Shown: positions 50,541 to 61,225, counted from the stretch's first letter. The stretch: DNA of 64,000 nt from Candidatus Bathyarchaeota archaeon (GCA_963815095.1 CAWFFH010000003.1:1184001-1248000); one strand, 5' to 3'. The notes: generated by a model not told the origin, from the sequence alone. A program made the numbers and translations.

Positions 50541-52025
50541 ATAGTTTCACGAATTGAGCTCACATCTAAATCCGATACGCAAAAGAAGCAAATCATTCTG
50601 GTCTTCCCAGGCAAATACAAATCAACCAACCCACAAATGCCTTTAAGCATAATTCACATTGCAGACCCCCTTATTCGCGCCGGTTATGATGTAAGAATTC
50701 TTGACATGCGGGTCGAAAACTACCGCACTTTCCAGGTTGGTAAGCCTGTTTTTGTGGGAATTAGCAGCATGAGCGGGACGCAGATACGCTATGGTTTGCA
50801 ATTTGCTAAGAAGGTGCGGGAAGAATCTCCTTCTTGTCCAATTGTTTGGGGCGGGGTTCATTCTTCACTCCGGCCTGAACAAACTGCCCAAAGCAATTAT
50901 GTCGACATTTTAGTCCGGGGCGAAGGTGATTTAGTAGTAGTCAAACTTGCAAACAGGCTCTCCGAAGGGAAGCCGCTTAATGACGTCGAAGGCATAACCT
51001 TCAAGAGGGAAGGAACTATTAGGAGCAATCCAGATGCTTCGCTTATAGATTTAGATAAAATCCCACTAGATTTACCTTTCAACCTTCTGCATTTGGATCG
51101 ATATCCATCCTTAGAAAAAGGAAGGTTTCATATTCAAACTAGTCGTGGATGCCCACATAGATGCGGTTTCTGCTACAACCTAATCTACAACAAATGCAAA
51201 TGGCGTGGAAAAAGCTCACAACGCGTCATTGCTGAGATTGAATATATCCTCAAAGAGTTTCCGAACACTAAGATTATTGACATGATCGATGACAATTTCT
51301 TTGTGGATGAGAAACGGGTTAGGGACATTTGTCAGGGAATCATCGATCGTAAAATTAACATATTTTGGCGGGCAAGCTGCAGATTCGATTACCTCTCCGC
51401 TTACAAGAAAAACTTCATAGATCTTTTGGAAAAAAGTGGATGTAAGGAGCTAGACTTCGGCGGAGAAACTGGCTCAAAAAGGCTCCAATCGCTCATATGC
51501 AAAGATATAACACACGAACAAATGATGCGCTCACTTGAGAATCTTAAGCTCTGGGGCTCAAACATAGAAGTTTATGTTTCTTGGGTAAGCGGTCTTCCTA
51601 CAGAGACCAATGATGATTTGAAGGGCACCTTCGATTTGATGGACAAAATGTCCGAAATCTATCCAAAAACCCAACATTTTGGATTATTCATCTATACGCC
51701 TTATCCAAGCCCGATTATGGATCCCATATTAAAAGAATACAAACCACCCAAAACTCTTGAGGAATGGGGAAACGTCGATGTGTATCGATTTAAACCTCCA
51801 TGGCATTCGAAAAGCCAAATCAAAAAACTACACACAATTTCAGCCGTATCCTTTCTAGCTTTCTATCCTAAAGATAGAATTGACGAAGCGAGTTTATACT
51901 TCAAAATAGGATTCACAATATTAAACCGAATTGAGAAATACCGTTGGAGACATAGGTACTTCAGTATTCCAATAGAACTAAAAATTGTGGATGCGTTAAC
52001 AAGGAAGTTTAAAGGATATCTGTAA
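50541..52025 (+). CDS. B12-binding radical SAM enzyme, tandem paralog of 48959-50416
   Basis: SRGCPHRCGFC; the conserved ILVFPGKY N-terminus lies upstream of ATG 50637, so start is inferred at ATA 50541. Confidence 0.88.
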   Translation: MVSRIELTSKSDTQKKQIILVFPGKYKSTNPQMPLSIIHIADPLIRAGYDVRILDMRVENYRTFQVGKPVFVGISSMSGTQIRYGLQFAKKVREESPSCPIVWGGVHSSLRPEQTAQSNYVDILVRGEGDLVVVKLANRLSEGKPLNDVEGITFKREGTIRSNPDASLIDLDKIPLDLPFNLLHLDRYPSLEKGRFHIQTSRGCPHRCGFCYNLIYNKCKWRGKSSQRVIAEIEYILKEFPNTKIIDMIDDNFFVDEKRVRDICQGIIDRKINIFWRASCRFDYLSAYKKNFIDLLEKSGCKELDFGGETGSKRLQSLICKDITHEQMMRSLENLKLWGSNIEVYVSWVSGLPTETNDDLKGTFDLMDKMSEIYPKTQHFGLFIYTPYPSPIMDPILKEYKPPKTLEEWGNVDVYRFKPPWHSKSQIKKLHTISAVSFLAFYPKDRIDEASLYFKIGFTILNRIEKYRWRHRYFSIPIELKIVDALTRKFKGYL

Positions 52026-52247
52026 CTTGCAGCAAAAAATTTTTTACTAGTAGCAGTAGACTGTATATTAGACTGCAGTACGAAGAACTCAACAATTTCA
52101 TTAGCAAAATTGAACTCGATTAAACGACTCACACATTAAACGTATGCACAGGAATTCATCGGTACCCTCAATTTTATTAGAATATTTGTGAATTATTAAA
52201 TAGAAATAAACTGTTCAATTCTGGTTATTGTTAGAGAGAATGGAATT

Positions 52248-53513
52248 ATGCGTTTGCATTCACTGAGATTTCAACGAGAATCACTTGTTGTATTGTTGAG
52301 TCTTGGTCTTCAAGTGCCTTTAGCTGTTTTTCTTGGTCATTATTATGATGATAGAGTGTTTATGGTCACGGGATATGATGTTAGTTCTGGGTTGAATCCT
52401 TATCTGCCCCATATTCTCAATGGTGTCTTCAGTGGTCCTTACCTAAGTGGCGTTTTTCCTAGTATAGGTGACCCTCCGCTGTGGCCCCTACTTTTAGGCG
52501 CCATTTACAAGCTATTTTACTCCTTTACATCAAACATTTTCTTGTACAACTTTGCAATAAAAATTCCGGTAATCGCCACCAACATAGGCTTAGCCTACAT
52601 TGTTAAGAACATACTGAGAGAGCAAGGTGCATCAGAAAAAACAATCAAGTTCGCATGGCTTTTCCTTTTGTTCAACCCCTTTATACTATTAACAACCGCT
52701 GCCTGGGGTCAATTCGACAATCTTATAGCACTCTTATGCGTGGCATCTCTCTACTTTTTAAGTAAAAACATGATTAAAAAAAGCGCATTTCAGCTTTCTT
52801 TAAGCATTGTTTTAAAACTTGTTTCCCTTCCATTGCTTGGTTTGCCTCTTCTTTCTTTATCGAAAAAAGATTGGCGTAAAATATTACAATACATTGCAAT
52901 TTTTGTTGTAACGATTGTATTTTTATGGCTTTTACCGTTTCGCATTTTTGGCTGGATAGCACCTTTCTCAAGTAATCAGGCGGTATCTTATTTTATGAGA
53001 GCTGGTGGCATGACACCATTTAACTTAGTAGAACTCTTTCAAAATAAAGTCACGCTTCCATCAGGTCTTGGTTTTTTAGGTTTTATTTGGATACCTGCTC
53101 TGCTATTTGGTTATTACTTGGTTTATCGTGACTCGCCTAAAACATTCAATGACTTAATCCAAAAAGCAATTGGTTTAATGCTTATCTTTTTCCTTACATT
53201 CTCGTGGGTTTCTGAACCATACATCGTTGTGGTCATTGCATTGGCTCTTTTAAGCTTGCCATCTACAAAATTGAATTTCCGCAACTTTCATTTTCTATGG
53301 GTAATTCCTCTCATTTTTATGGTTCTTTCAACTAATTTTTTTCAGCTTTTTTTCCTTGTTTCTCCATCAATTATAGCGTCTTTAGCACAAGTGGATCTGT
53401 ATATTCGAAGTTGGAGACTTATTGCGATGTTTATTGTTGTGGTAGTATTCCAGGTTTTCGCTTGGAGATTAGTAATTAAACTATTGGGTGGCAAATCAAT
53501 CAGGGACACTTAA
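52248..53513 (+). CDS. GT-C fold membrane glycosyltransferase (PIG-M/DUF2029-like)
   Basis: GHYYD, PPLW, FNPF...AWGQFD motifs with ~10 TM segments. Confidence 0.75.
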   Translation: MRLHSLRFQRESLVVLLSLGLQVPLAVFLGHYYDDRVFMVTGYDVSSGLNPYLPHILNGVFSGPYLSGVFPSIGDPPLWPLLLGAIYKLFYSFTSNIFLYNFAIKIPVIATNIGLAYIVKNILREQGASEKTIKFAWLFLLFNPFILLTTAAWGQFDNLIALLCVASLYFLSKNMIKKSAFQLSLSIVLKLVSLPLLGLPLLSLSKKDWRKILQYIAIFVVTIVFLWLLPFRIFGWIAPFSSNQAVSYFMRAGGMTPFNLVELFQNKVTLPSGLGFLGFIWIPALLFGYYLVYRDSPKTFNDLIQKAIGLMLIFFLTFSWVSEPYIVVVIALALLSLPSTKLNFRNFHFLWVIPLIFMVLSTNFFQLFFLVSPSIIASLAQVDLYIRSWRLIAMFIVVVVFQVFAWRLVIKLLGGKSIRDT

Positions 53514-53530
53514 GTTGTTTTTTGGTAAAT

Positions 53531-54487
53531 TCAAGGTTGGTTGAGCAAGAAATTTTCAACCGTCATATAATCGCCGGTGGAATCCCAGTTATCCGTAAAT
53601 CTATGAACAACTGCGAGTATAGTAAAGGTTAGAGTTGAATAGTCTGGGCTGGCGGAAAAATTCAAATAACCATAACTTACTCCATCAATAAAGAATGATA
53701 TTTCCGAGCCTAAAATAAATACTGTAAAATGATGCATTACTCCATCGTTTAGCATGAGCTTCAGCATCTGAAAACTAACTTCCCCGTAGTTGCCATTTGG
53801 CTCTTGAATATAGCCATAGATAAAACCATCATTTAAGTCCATTCTAACTCCAAATTCTATTCCCTTATAGGAAATTGGGTCTGAAGTAGCAAAGATTACC
53901 ATTTCATCAAATCCAAGTGCACTAGTTTTAGGTGTGTTGAAAAAAGTATCAAATTCCATTTTTTGAATTGTAAAAGTATCGTAGCTAAAAGCGTCTGATC
54001 CAGCTATTTGACCCTGATTGGTTTTGTCAGGAAAGGAGAAAAAAAATTTGGCTGAATCTGGCTGTTGAACAGGATAGCCGTAGTATGTGTATGTGACGAA
54101 GTTTGATGCATTTAACGAAAGGGGAACTGTAGTGATTGATGTAATAGGGCTGTTGGAAAGCGTGAAAAAGAATCTTGTTAATTCCGCCTGTATATTTGAG
54201 GTAGATTTTGCGGTCTCTGTGTAAATTGGTACTGTGTCGGGGGATGCTGAAGAGAGGTTACCTGAAAAATTATCTGCGTTCTGTTTCTTTGTTTCATTGA
54301 TGATTGTTAAGCTAGTTGGAAGTGGCGATTGGTTTGGTATTTGGTCAATAATTGTATTAGTAGTATTTTTATTAAAAGTTGTTTGATTGAACAAATTTGT
54401 TACAATAGGCACTATTGTTACTAATGAAATTAGTATAATAGTTAACGCAATTGATGCGTTCTTGGTATTGCTTGACTTGATAGTCAT
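53531..54487 (-). CDS. Membrane-anchored protein with concanavalin/LamG-like C-terminal domain
   Basis: N-terminal TM helix; DGVMHHFTV...SFFIDG. Confidence 0.55.
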   Translation of the reverse strand: MTIKSSNTKNASIALTIILISLVTIVPIVTNLFNQTTFNKNTTNTIIDQIPNQSPLPTSLTIINETKKQNADNFSGNLSSASPDTVPIYTETAKSTSNIQAELTRFFFTLSNSPITSITTVPLSLNASNFVTYTYYGYPVQQPDSAKFFFSFPDKTNQGQIAGSDAFSYDTFTIQKMEFDTFFNTPKTSALGFDEMVIFATSDPISYKGIEFGVRMDLNDGFIYGYIQEPNGNYGEVSFQMLKLMLNDGVMHHFTVFILGSEISFFIDGVSYGYLNFSASPDYSTLTFTILAVVHRFTDNWDSTGDYMTVENFLLNQP

Positions 54488-54620
54488 CGCTTGGTTTATT
54501 GAATTTCAAGTATTAAAAATACACTATTAATTATCAGAACGTATTTCTTTGACTGCAGATTTTCAATTGCACAAAATGTTTCGGTGTATTTGTCTTTTAT
54601 TCACTCATTTCTTTTCTCAA

Positions 54621-55796
54621 CTATTTTTTTATTACATAAAACTTTGGTGCTTTTTTGAAGAAATATAATCCCATCGGTATTGCTTCTAAAAACCAAAGTA
54701 TAGGCGACAACATGAAAATCACGATGTGTTCACGAATTCTTTGCATTTTACTAACTTTGCTAAAGTTCATTTCCAATCCTATTTGATAAACAGCAAACAG
54801 AATGATTGTGTCCAAAACAAAAAACGGAGCGAGATACCATGGATACCACTGTTTTATGAGTAATGAAGGTATTAAAGTGAAAAAACTCACCGAACCAAGA
54901 AACCAACTTATCATTCTATAACTTGTTTTTACTTTTTCCCATTTTCCCATTCTACTCAAATTTTCAAATGTTCCTTTTATCCATCTTTGTCTCTGCTTAA
55001 TAAAGTCAGAAAATGTAAAAGGCGATTGTTCTTCGAGTACCCCTCCGTGCCAGCCGAAAATCCCTCCATATTTCTTATAGGCTACATAACCAAACAAGCT
55101 GTCTTCTGCGCAGGTATCGGGGAAATCCCAACCAACATTTTTCTCTATGTCGGCTCTCAAAAGTAGGTTTGAGCCGTGTAACCAATCAGGTTTTCCTTGG
55201 GATTTTAACATTGCACAGCAAGTATAACAAAATGTTGGTCTTACAGCATCCAAATATTTGACCAGTTTACTTCCAACATCCATTTTATTTGGATACGTGA
55301 TTAATCCTTCTGCTATTGGCTCTCGATTATTATCTGCATGGTCTAGAATTGCCAAGAGACATTGCTTAGTAATCATTGATTCATCGTCAAGATGGTATAT
55401 CCATATGTTACTTGTGTTTTCTTCTTTTTCCTCTCTTTGTTCTATTGCATACTGTAACGCTCTAGCTTTGTATTTGGCATGATTGAATGTTGAATAATTT
55501 TTTGGAACAGTTATGGTGGCAGCCACATTAAAACTTTCATTAACTTCAGAAACTACATCTATTCTATAATTATCATATCCAACTTCTTGGCATATTCGAT
55601 TAATGTTGTCAATAGACTCTTGGACAATTTCCATATTGCCTATCGTAGTTATCTGAAATATCATTCTTTTTGGATTGATAGGAACAAATGTTTTCTTAAC
55701 AATTACTTTTCTATATCTTAAAATTTCATAAGCTAATAAGTAGTATATTGGGATACCAAATACCCAAATGATCCAAATGTAATTGAAAAGACTCAA
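54621..55796 (-). CDS. GT2 membrane glycosyltransferase (egghead/beta-1,4-mannosyltransferase-like)
   Basis: KARALQY, HLDDES, HGSNL, AED and QRQRW motifs. Confidence 0.85.
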   Translation of the reverse strand: MSLFNYIWIIWVFGIPIYYLLAYEILRYRKVIVKKTFVPINPKRMIFQITTIGNMEIVQESIDNINRICQEVGYDNYRIDVVSEVNESFNVAATITVPKNYSTFNHAKYKARALQYAIEQREEKEENTSNIWIYHLDDESMITKQCLLAILDHADNNREPIAEGLITYPNKMDVGSKLVKYLDAVRPTFCYTCCAMLKSQGKPDWLHGSNLLLRADIEKNVGWDFPDTCAEDSLFGYVAYKKYGGIFGWHGGVLEEQSPFTFSDFIKQRQRWIKGTFENLSRMGKWEKVKTSYRMISWFLGSVSFFTLIPSLLIKQWYPWYLAPFFVLDTIILFAVYQIGLEMNFSKVSKMQRIREHIVIFMLSPILWFLEAIPMGLYFFKKAPKFYVIKK

Positions 55797-56089
55797 TCCT
55801 TATTTTCCCTAAGTGAATCAATTATTTTCATTTCTTATCAACTTTTTCTAAATTGGTTGGCTTGTGAAAAATTCGAGAGGATGACCACACGCGAATTTTA
55901 TGTGAAGCTCAACTTCGTAATGTTTTGTTTTAGAAAATCCAAAAAGCAATAGAGATGCCTAACATGTTTTATTTTTACCATTTAAGACTTGTTTTTTAAG
56001 AGCTAATAATATGTGACCGCTTATTGACAACAATAAGGGACCTTTCAAAAGAAAAAAGAAAGAAAAACAACTGCTATGGCAGTTTCTAA

Positions 56090-56359
56090 TTACTTTTTGT
56101 GTTCTTTGAGAACGGTCATCGGTGACGTGCTAGTTTCAGCGATCCCTGGAAAGGCTCGTAAGACCTCGCCGACGAAGTGAAGGCTATTTTCGTTGCTGTC
56201 TGCTTTGAAGAAAATAACGAAATCCCAGTATCCGAATAAACTCCATGAAGACTCAATCATTACGCCTTTCATTGGTTCTGTAGGCATCTTTTGGAATGCT
56301 TCCCAGAATTCGCCGCCTTTTCCTGAAATTGTTTTGATTAAAACTTGATATTTCATCAT
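56090..56359 (-). CDS. GYD/Lrp-AsnC ligand-binding-like small protein
   Basis: LFGYWDFVI...GIAETSTS ferredoxin-like fold pattern. Confidence 0.7.
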   Translation of the reverse strand: MMKYQVLIKTISGKGGEFWEAFQKMPTEPMKGVMIESSWSLFGYWDFVIFFKADSNENSLHFVGEVLRAFPGIAETSTSPMTVLKEHKK

Positions 56360-56620
56360 GCTTTTTTCCAATTAAAACACCAACCCTATTTTTGTAAAGA
56401 CTTCCCTTTAAGACTCTGTGACTGCACGATTGCAACCACAACCGCTCAATTGCTACAACACCAACATCAATTCGCTTCAAAGAACCCTTCGCAAATTACT
56501 CGGCATTAAACTATTCATTTTTTTGAGTTAGTTCTTTATTCTTCTCTTGTAGATTATTTTGAGGTTGACTCAATGAGGACACCCAATAAATAACCCTCGA
56601 GATTTTTTGTGGACCATATT

Positions 56621-57496
56621 TTAACGAGTTAATTCGGCGGGCTCAGCTTTTCTCTGAAGAAAGGCGTTCACAGCATCTATAAGGGCTTCACAAGCAAACC
56701 ACCGCTCCTCCAAAGAACTATCCATCTCCAATGTCTGGATTATTCCGCGGAATTTTTTGATTTCCTCCAAGACTGGCTCCCTTTTTTGATCGTAGTCTGC
56801 TCGCAGCTCTTTTCGTTTCTTGCTATACTCCAGGATCACTAGTTCGAGTTCAGTCTGCTTATCGTTTAGTTGCTGTGTAATCCCTATTTCTTTCTGTTCC
56901 CTCTTCTTCTTAGAAACACCACGGAAAAACCCGGTTTTCATCCGAATTACCTCATCCTGCTCTCTTTTCAGATCGTTTATAGTGCTGTAGATTCTTTTGA
57001 TTTCGGTGTTTCTTTGATTTCTAATCGTTCCTGTCAAAATTGCGTAATCCTTGTTTATTTGTTTAAGGCGGCTTCTCCAGTCAGATAAATTGCTTAGTTC
57101 TTGATCAAGTTCAGTTTCTTTGTGGCTTATTTGTTGCAGTTGATGTTTAATGCTGGCAAGAGTCTGTGTGCACTCGCTCAAGAATTGTTCATCTACGATT
57201 ATGTTTGGGTGTGACTCAAACTCGCCCAGAACAGCCTCAATGGTGATTAGCCAACGGTCGAAATGCCCGCTGAATGGGGAAGAACCAAAATTTTGAATGC
57301 CTAAAGTATGTAAACGCTTGAGGGTTATCTCGGAAATCTCTCTTTCAGTTGCTTGTCGCTTCTCTTCCTGTATCGGTCTTCCAATACCTCTGCGAATGCG
57401 TTTTCTATCTTTGCGTTTTTCTCGAAGAGGCTTTTTGTACTGGTGAATTGCGCCCTTAGAAGACTTTATTCGAGGCTGGTATCCCATAAGCAACAC
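56621..57496 (-). CDS. Coiled-coil hypothetical protein
   Basis: Intact 291-aa ORF with long charged heptad segments. Confidence 0.7.
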   Translation of the reverse strand: MLLMGYQPRIKSSKGAIHQYKKPLREKRKDRKRIRRGIGRPIQEEKRQATEREISEITLKRLHTLGIQNFGSSPFSGHFDRWLITIEAVLGEFESHPNIIVDEQFLSECTQTLASIKHQLQQISHKETELDQELSNLSDWRSRLKQINKDYAILTGTIRNQRNTEIKRIYSTINDLKREQDEVIRMKTGFFRGVSKKKREQKEIGITQQLNDKQTELELVILEYSKKRKELRADYDQKREPVLEEIKKFRGIIQTLEMDSSLEERWFACEALIDAVNAFLQRKAEPAELTR

Positions 57497-57616
57497 GTGT
57501 CATTCTTTAAGTATTTAGTTTTTGTCTAATTGTCCTAAAATTCAGCTTCTTACCGGACATATTATGTTGAATTGACAAAATTTGAGAGAGTAAAGAAAAT
57601 TTTTATCTTATTTTTT

Positions 57617-58987
57617 TTACGAAATTTTTCTTAGCTCTTTTATTTTATGTATCTCAATTGAGTTGCTCGCGTGTTTCCTGGTTGTCCGCATAGCTGAAGT
57701 AAACAAAACAGTTTCTTCATCAGTCACCAGACGCATTTCGTGTAGTCGGTTTGCCACTGCTGATATTCGGTCTTTTTCTTCGTGGTAATCTATCAGAACT
57801 GGGTATACCCCGAATATGAGTTCTAATTGTTTCTTAACTTTAATTTCAGGAGTGACTGCAATTATGGGTTGTGAAATTTTGAAACGAGCAATCATTTGGG
57901 CTGTGTAGCCTGACCGTGTTAAGGGGATGACTTTGTGGATAGGCATGTTTTGACATATTCGTTGGATTGCCCTGCTTACAGTGTCTGAAATGTTGATGTA
58001 CGGGTTGTCTTCGACTTTGCCAATAACCGCTTTCTCAGTTTCATTTGCTATACGTGTCATCATTTCAACAGCATTCACTGGATATTGACCGATTGCAGTT
58101 TCACCTGAAAGCATTATAGCATCCGACCCGTCAAGGATAGCGTTTGCCACATCACTAACTTCCGCCCTAGTTGGGTTAGGTTGATTAATCATCGATTCAA
58201 GCATCTCAGTTGCCGTAACCACAAGCTTCCCCTGTTGATTACATTGTTTGATTAGGGATTTCTGAACCAACGGTACTCTTTCAGGTTCAATTTCAACGCC
58301 CAAATCGCCCCTAGCAACCATTAAGCCATTAGCAGCATCCAAAATCTCTTCGACGTTTTGAACACCCTCTGAATTCTCAATCTTGGCAATTATACCCCCA
58401 CCAAAACCGTTAGTCTCAGACAAATTACGTACATCTTCCGCATTTCTTGTGAACGAAAGCGCAACGTATTCGACATCATGTTTCTTTGCAAACTTTATGA
58501 TTTCCAAGTCCTTCTCAGAGAAAGTTGGAACTGAAAGAGACTTGTTTGGAACGTTAACTCCTTTTCCATCTTCTATGACCCCGCTATTCAACATGAGAAG
58601 TAATAGTTTACGATTTTTCTTTTCAATTACGCGAGTTTTGATTTTTCCATTATCAATACATATTTCGTCGTCAATGTGCATTTTGTCGTAAAAATCGTGG
58701 TTGAAAGTTACTTCTTCGCTGTTAAAACCCACTTCTAAAGTATCGCATTTTTTCAGGATTTTTTGTTGCAATGTTTTGATTCTGATTTCTGGTCCTTTAA
58801 TGTCAATAATGATTGGGATTTCGGCGACTTCCCGAACTGTTTCTATAACAGACTCGTATTGAGCAAGATTTCCATAAGCTGTATTTATTCTTGCACCGTT
58901 CATGCCTGATTGAACCATTTTTTTGATTATTTGCTTTGAAGAGCTGGCAGGACCCAATGTGCCTATAATCTTTGTTTTCTTCAACAA
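57617..58987 (-). CDS. pyk: Pyruvate kinase
   Basis: TKIIGTLGPAS, DIKGPEIR, IAKIE, MVARGDLG, PTRAEVSD and MLSGETA motifs. Confidence 0.96.
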   Translation of the reverse strand: MLKKTKIIGTLGPASSSKQIIKKMVQSGMNGARINTAYGNLAQYESVIETVREVAEIPIIIDIKGPEIRIKTLQQKILKKCDTLEVGFNSEEVTFNHDFYDKMHIDDEICIDNGKIKTRVIEKKNRKLLLLMLNSGVIEDGKGVNVPNKSLSVPTFSEKDLEIIKFAKKHDVEYVALSFTRNAEDVRNLSETNGFGGGIIAKIENSEGVQNVEEILDAANGLMVARGDLGVEIEPERVPLVQKSLIKQCNQQGKLVVTATEMLESMINQPNPTRAEVSDVANAILDGSDAIMLSGETAIGQYPVNAVEMMTRIANETEKAVIGKVEDNPYINISDTVSRAIQRICQNMPIHKVIPLTRSGYTAQMIARFKISQPIIAVTPEIKVKKQLELIFGVYPVLIDYHEEKDRISAVANRLHEMRLVTDEETVLFTSAMRTTRKHASNSIEIHKIKELRKIS

Positions 58988-59166
58988 AACATCTCCGAAT
59001 GCAAAGCTAGAACACTGCACTTTCTAAGTTAAGGTTATTCCTTTATTATGATGTGGCTTCTTGGTTTTTTGGCGTTTGTTTGTATATCTGAAGACCCATT
59101 GGTTTTCTGTTGATTTACTGCCAAAAAGCTTTTTTATATGGTCACGGTGCCCGATAATGACTTAAC

Positions 59167-59259
59167 ATGATAGACCTGCTCGCAAAAGTAACCCAAAACT
59201 TTTGGTTAATTTGTGCAGTTGGTATTATCTTGGTGCTCTCAAAAATGGAGCCTCCTTAG
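59167..59259 (+). CDS. Putative 30-aa leader peptide upstream of hyfB
   Basis: MIDLLAKVTQNFWLICAVGIILVLSKMEPP*; ATG about 30 nt after the TTTTATAT box. Confidence 0.4.
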   Translation: MIDLLAKVTQNFWLICAVGIILVLSKMEPP

Positions 59260-59284
59260 TCTCTTCAAAGTAGAGGGCTAAGCA

Positions 59285-61225
59285 ATGCTTGAGTTTCTAT
59301 TTCCTTTTGGGTTAGCCGCGTTTTTTCTTGCCTTCATTTTGCCCATCATAAGTTCAAAGCTATGCAATAGTAAATTTTCAAGACAAGCATCCCTCATATT
59401 CGCAACCATAGCAAGCGTTGCCATCTTGGCGTTTGCTTTGGAAATTGTCCTCTCAAACAAAAGCCTCTCTCTACTCGCCTACCAAATTACACCTTTGTTC
59501 CAGTTTTCTTTCCTTGTGGATAGATTAGCGGCGTTCTTCCTTGCCCTTGTCGCTGTGGTTTCCGTTGCAGTTTCAATTTACTCAATACAATACGTGGAAC
59601 ATTTTCCAAATGAAGCCAAAAAGAACCTGATCGTCTCATTCATGAATATTTTCATCCTTTCAATGGTGCTGGTGGTCGCATCGTTTTCCATGTTCTCCTT
59701 CCTGTTTTTCTGGGAAATAATGGCGCTCTCCTCTTTTCTGCTTGTTATGATGGAGTTTGAGAAGAAAGACACACAGAAAGCAGGTATATTCTACTTTGTA
59801 ATGACTCATCTTAGCACGCTATTTCTCATCTTCGCATTCCTCTTCATCTATACTATAACTGGAACATTTGACATGACGCAAATACGGGCAGATCCCTTAA
59901 TCACTTCGGTCGCCTTCGTCTTTCTGTTCTTAGGGTTTGGCATAAAAGCGGGTATAATTCCATTCCACAAGTGGCTTCCATATGCACACCCAGCAAGTCC
60001 TTCCAACATCTCTGCTCTTATGTCTGGCGTTATGATAAAAGTCGCCATCTACGGTTTAGTCCGTTTCGTTCTTCTCCTTCCCATGCAAACATGGTGGGGC
60101 ATTCTAATCCTTTCCGCAGGAACGGCATCCGCAGTGCTCGGCGTAATTTACGCCCTAAAAGAACACGACATTAAACGGTTACTTGCTTACCATAGCATCG
60201 AAAACATCGGTATAATTCTAATCGGTGTTGGCTTATACGTAATTTTCTCGCTGGCAGGGCTACAAGCCATAGCCTTTCTTGCACTTGCAGGCGCCCTCTT
60301 CCACACCCTAAACCACGCCATCTTCAAAAGCCTCCTCTTCATGACCAGCGGCAGCATTGTAAACGCGACAGGTACTAGAAACATCGAGGAAATGGGCGGC
60401 TTAATCAAACGCATGCCCAAGACCGCTCTTCTATTCCTAATAGGTGCAGTTTCCATCTCGGCATTGCCGCCCTTCAACGGATTCGTAAGTGAACTAATGA
60501 TTTTCCAAGTATTCTTCCAATCCATAGCCTTAGCCAATCCCTTCCTTGAGGTGATTTTGATTACGTCGTTGGCAGTGTTTGCCCTCACCAGTGCGTTTGC
60601 TGCGGCATGCTTTGTGAAGGCGTTTGGAATAACTTTCCTTGCGCTACCACGCTCACAAGAAGCTAAGGAAGCGAAAGAGTCACCTAAACTCATGATTATT
60701 GGACCAGCCATACTTGCTGCCCTATGTGTAGCGTTGGGAGTTTTCTCTTTGCAGCTTTTTGGTGTCCTCGGGTTCTCGTTCCCACTGCCCAATATGCTCT
60801 TTATCGGCGCACTGCTGGCCGGGTTCTACGTATTCACATTTGCTGCTTTGCGCGAGGTCGCTAACAGGCGGGAACGAATCGCTGAAACTTGGGGATGCGG
60901 ATTCCCAACCCAAACCTCCACGATGGAGTACACCGCTTCAGGCTTTTCAGAACCAATTGTAACCATCCTCAAATCGATTTTCCGAACCCAGAAGAAATCT
61001 GAACGAAACTTCTACGACGATAAAAGCGTTATCTTCAAGGATGGCAAAGCCGAAATCCACCTTGTCAAATTCTTTGAAGAACGCCTCTACATGCCGGTCG
61101 CGAACTTCGTGCGGAAGATTTCTTTAAAGGTTAATAATTTGCAGCGTGGCGATGTTGACTTGCATGTTGCATATGCATTTGCAACGATTGTTGTGTTTCT
61201 GCTAATAATCTGGTGGTTTGCATAA
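59285..61225 (+). CDS. hyfB: Hydrogenase-4 subunit B-like antiporter membrane subunit
   Basis: FWEIM, KAGIIPFHKWLPYAHP, LLAYHSIENIG, NHAIFK, LPPFNGFVSE and WGCG motifs. Confidence 0.9.
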   Translation: MLEFLFPFGLAAFFLAFILPIISSKLCNSKFSRQASLIFATIASVAILAFALEIVLSNKSLSLLAYQITPLFQFSFLVDRLAAFFLALVAVVSVAVSIYSIQYVEHFPNEAKKNLIVSFMNIFILSMVLVVASFSMFSFLFFWEIMALSSFLLVMMEFEKKDTQKAGIFYFVMTHLSTLFLIFAFLFIYTITGTFDMTQIRADPLITSVAFVFLFLGFGIKAGIIPFHKWLPYAHPASPSNISALMSGVMIKVAIYGLVRFVLLLPMQTWWGILILSAGTASAVLGVIYALKEHDIKRLLAYHSIENIGIILIGVGLYVIFSLAGLQAIAFLALAGALFHTLNHAIFKSLLFMTSGSIVNATGTRNIEEMGGLIKRMPKTALLFLIGAVSISALPPFNGFVSELMIFQVFFQSIALANPFLEVILITSLAVFALTSAFAAACFVKAFGITFLALPRSQEAKEAKESPKLMIIGPAILAALCVALGVFSLQLFGVLGFSFPLPNMLFIGALLAGFYVFTFAALREVANRRERIAETWGCGFPTQTSTMEYTASGFSEPIVTILKSIFRTQKKSERNFYDDKSVIFKDGKAEIHLVKFFEERLYMPVANFVRKISLKVNNLQRGDVDLHVAYAFATIVVFLLIIWWFA

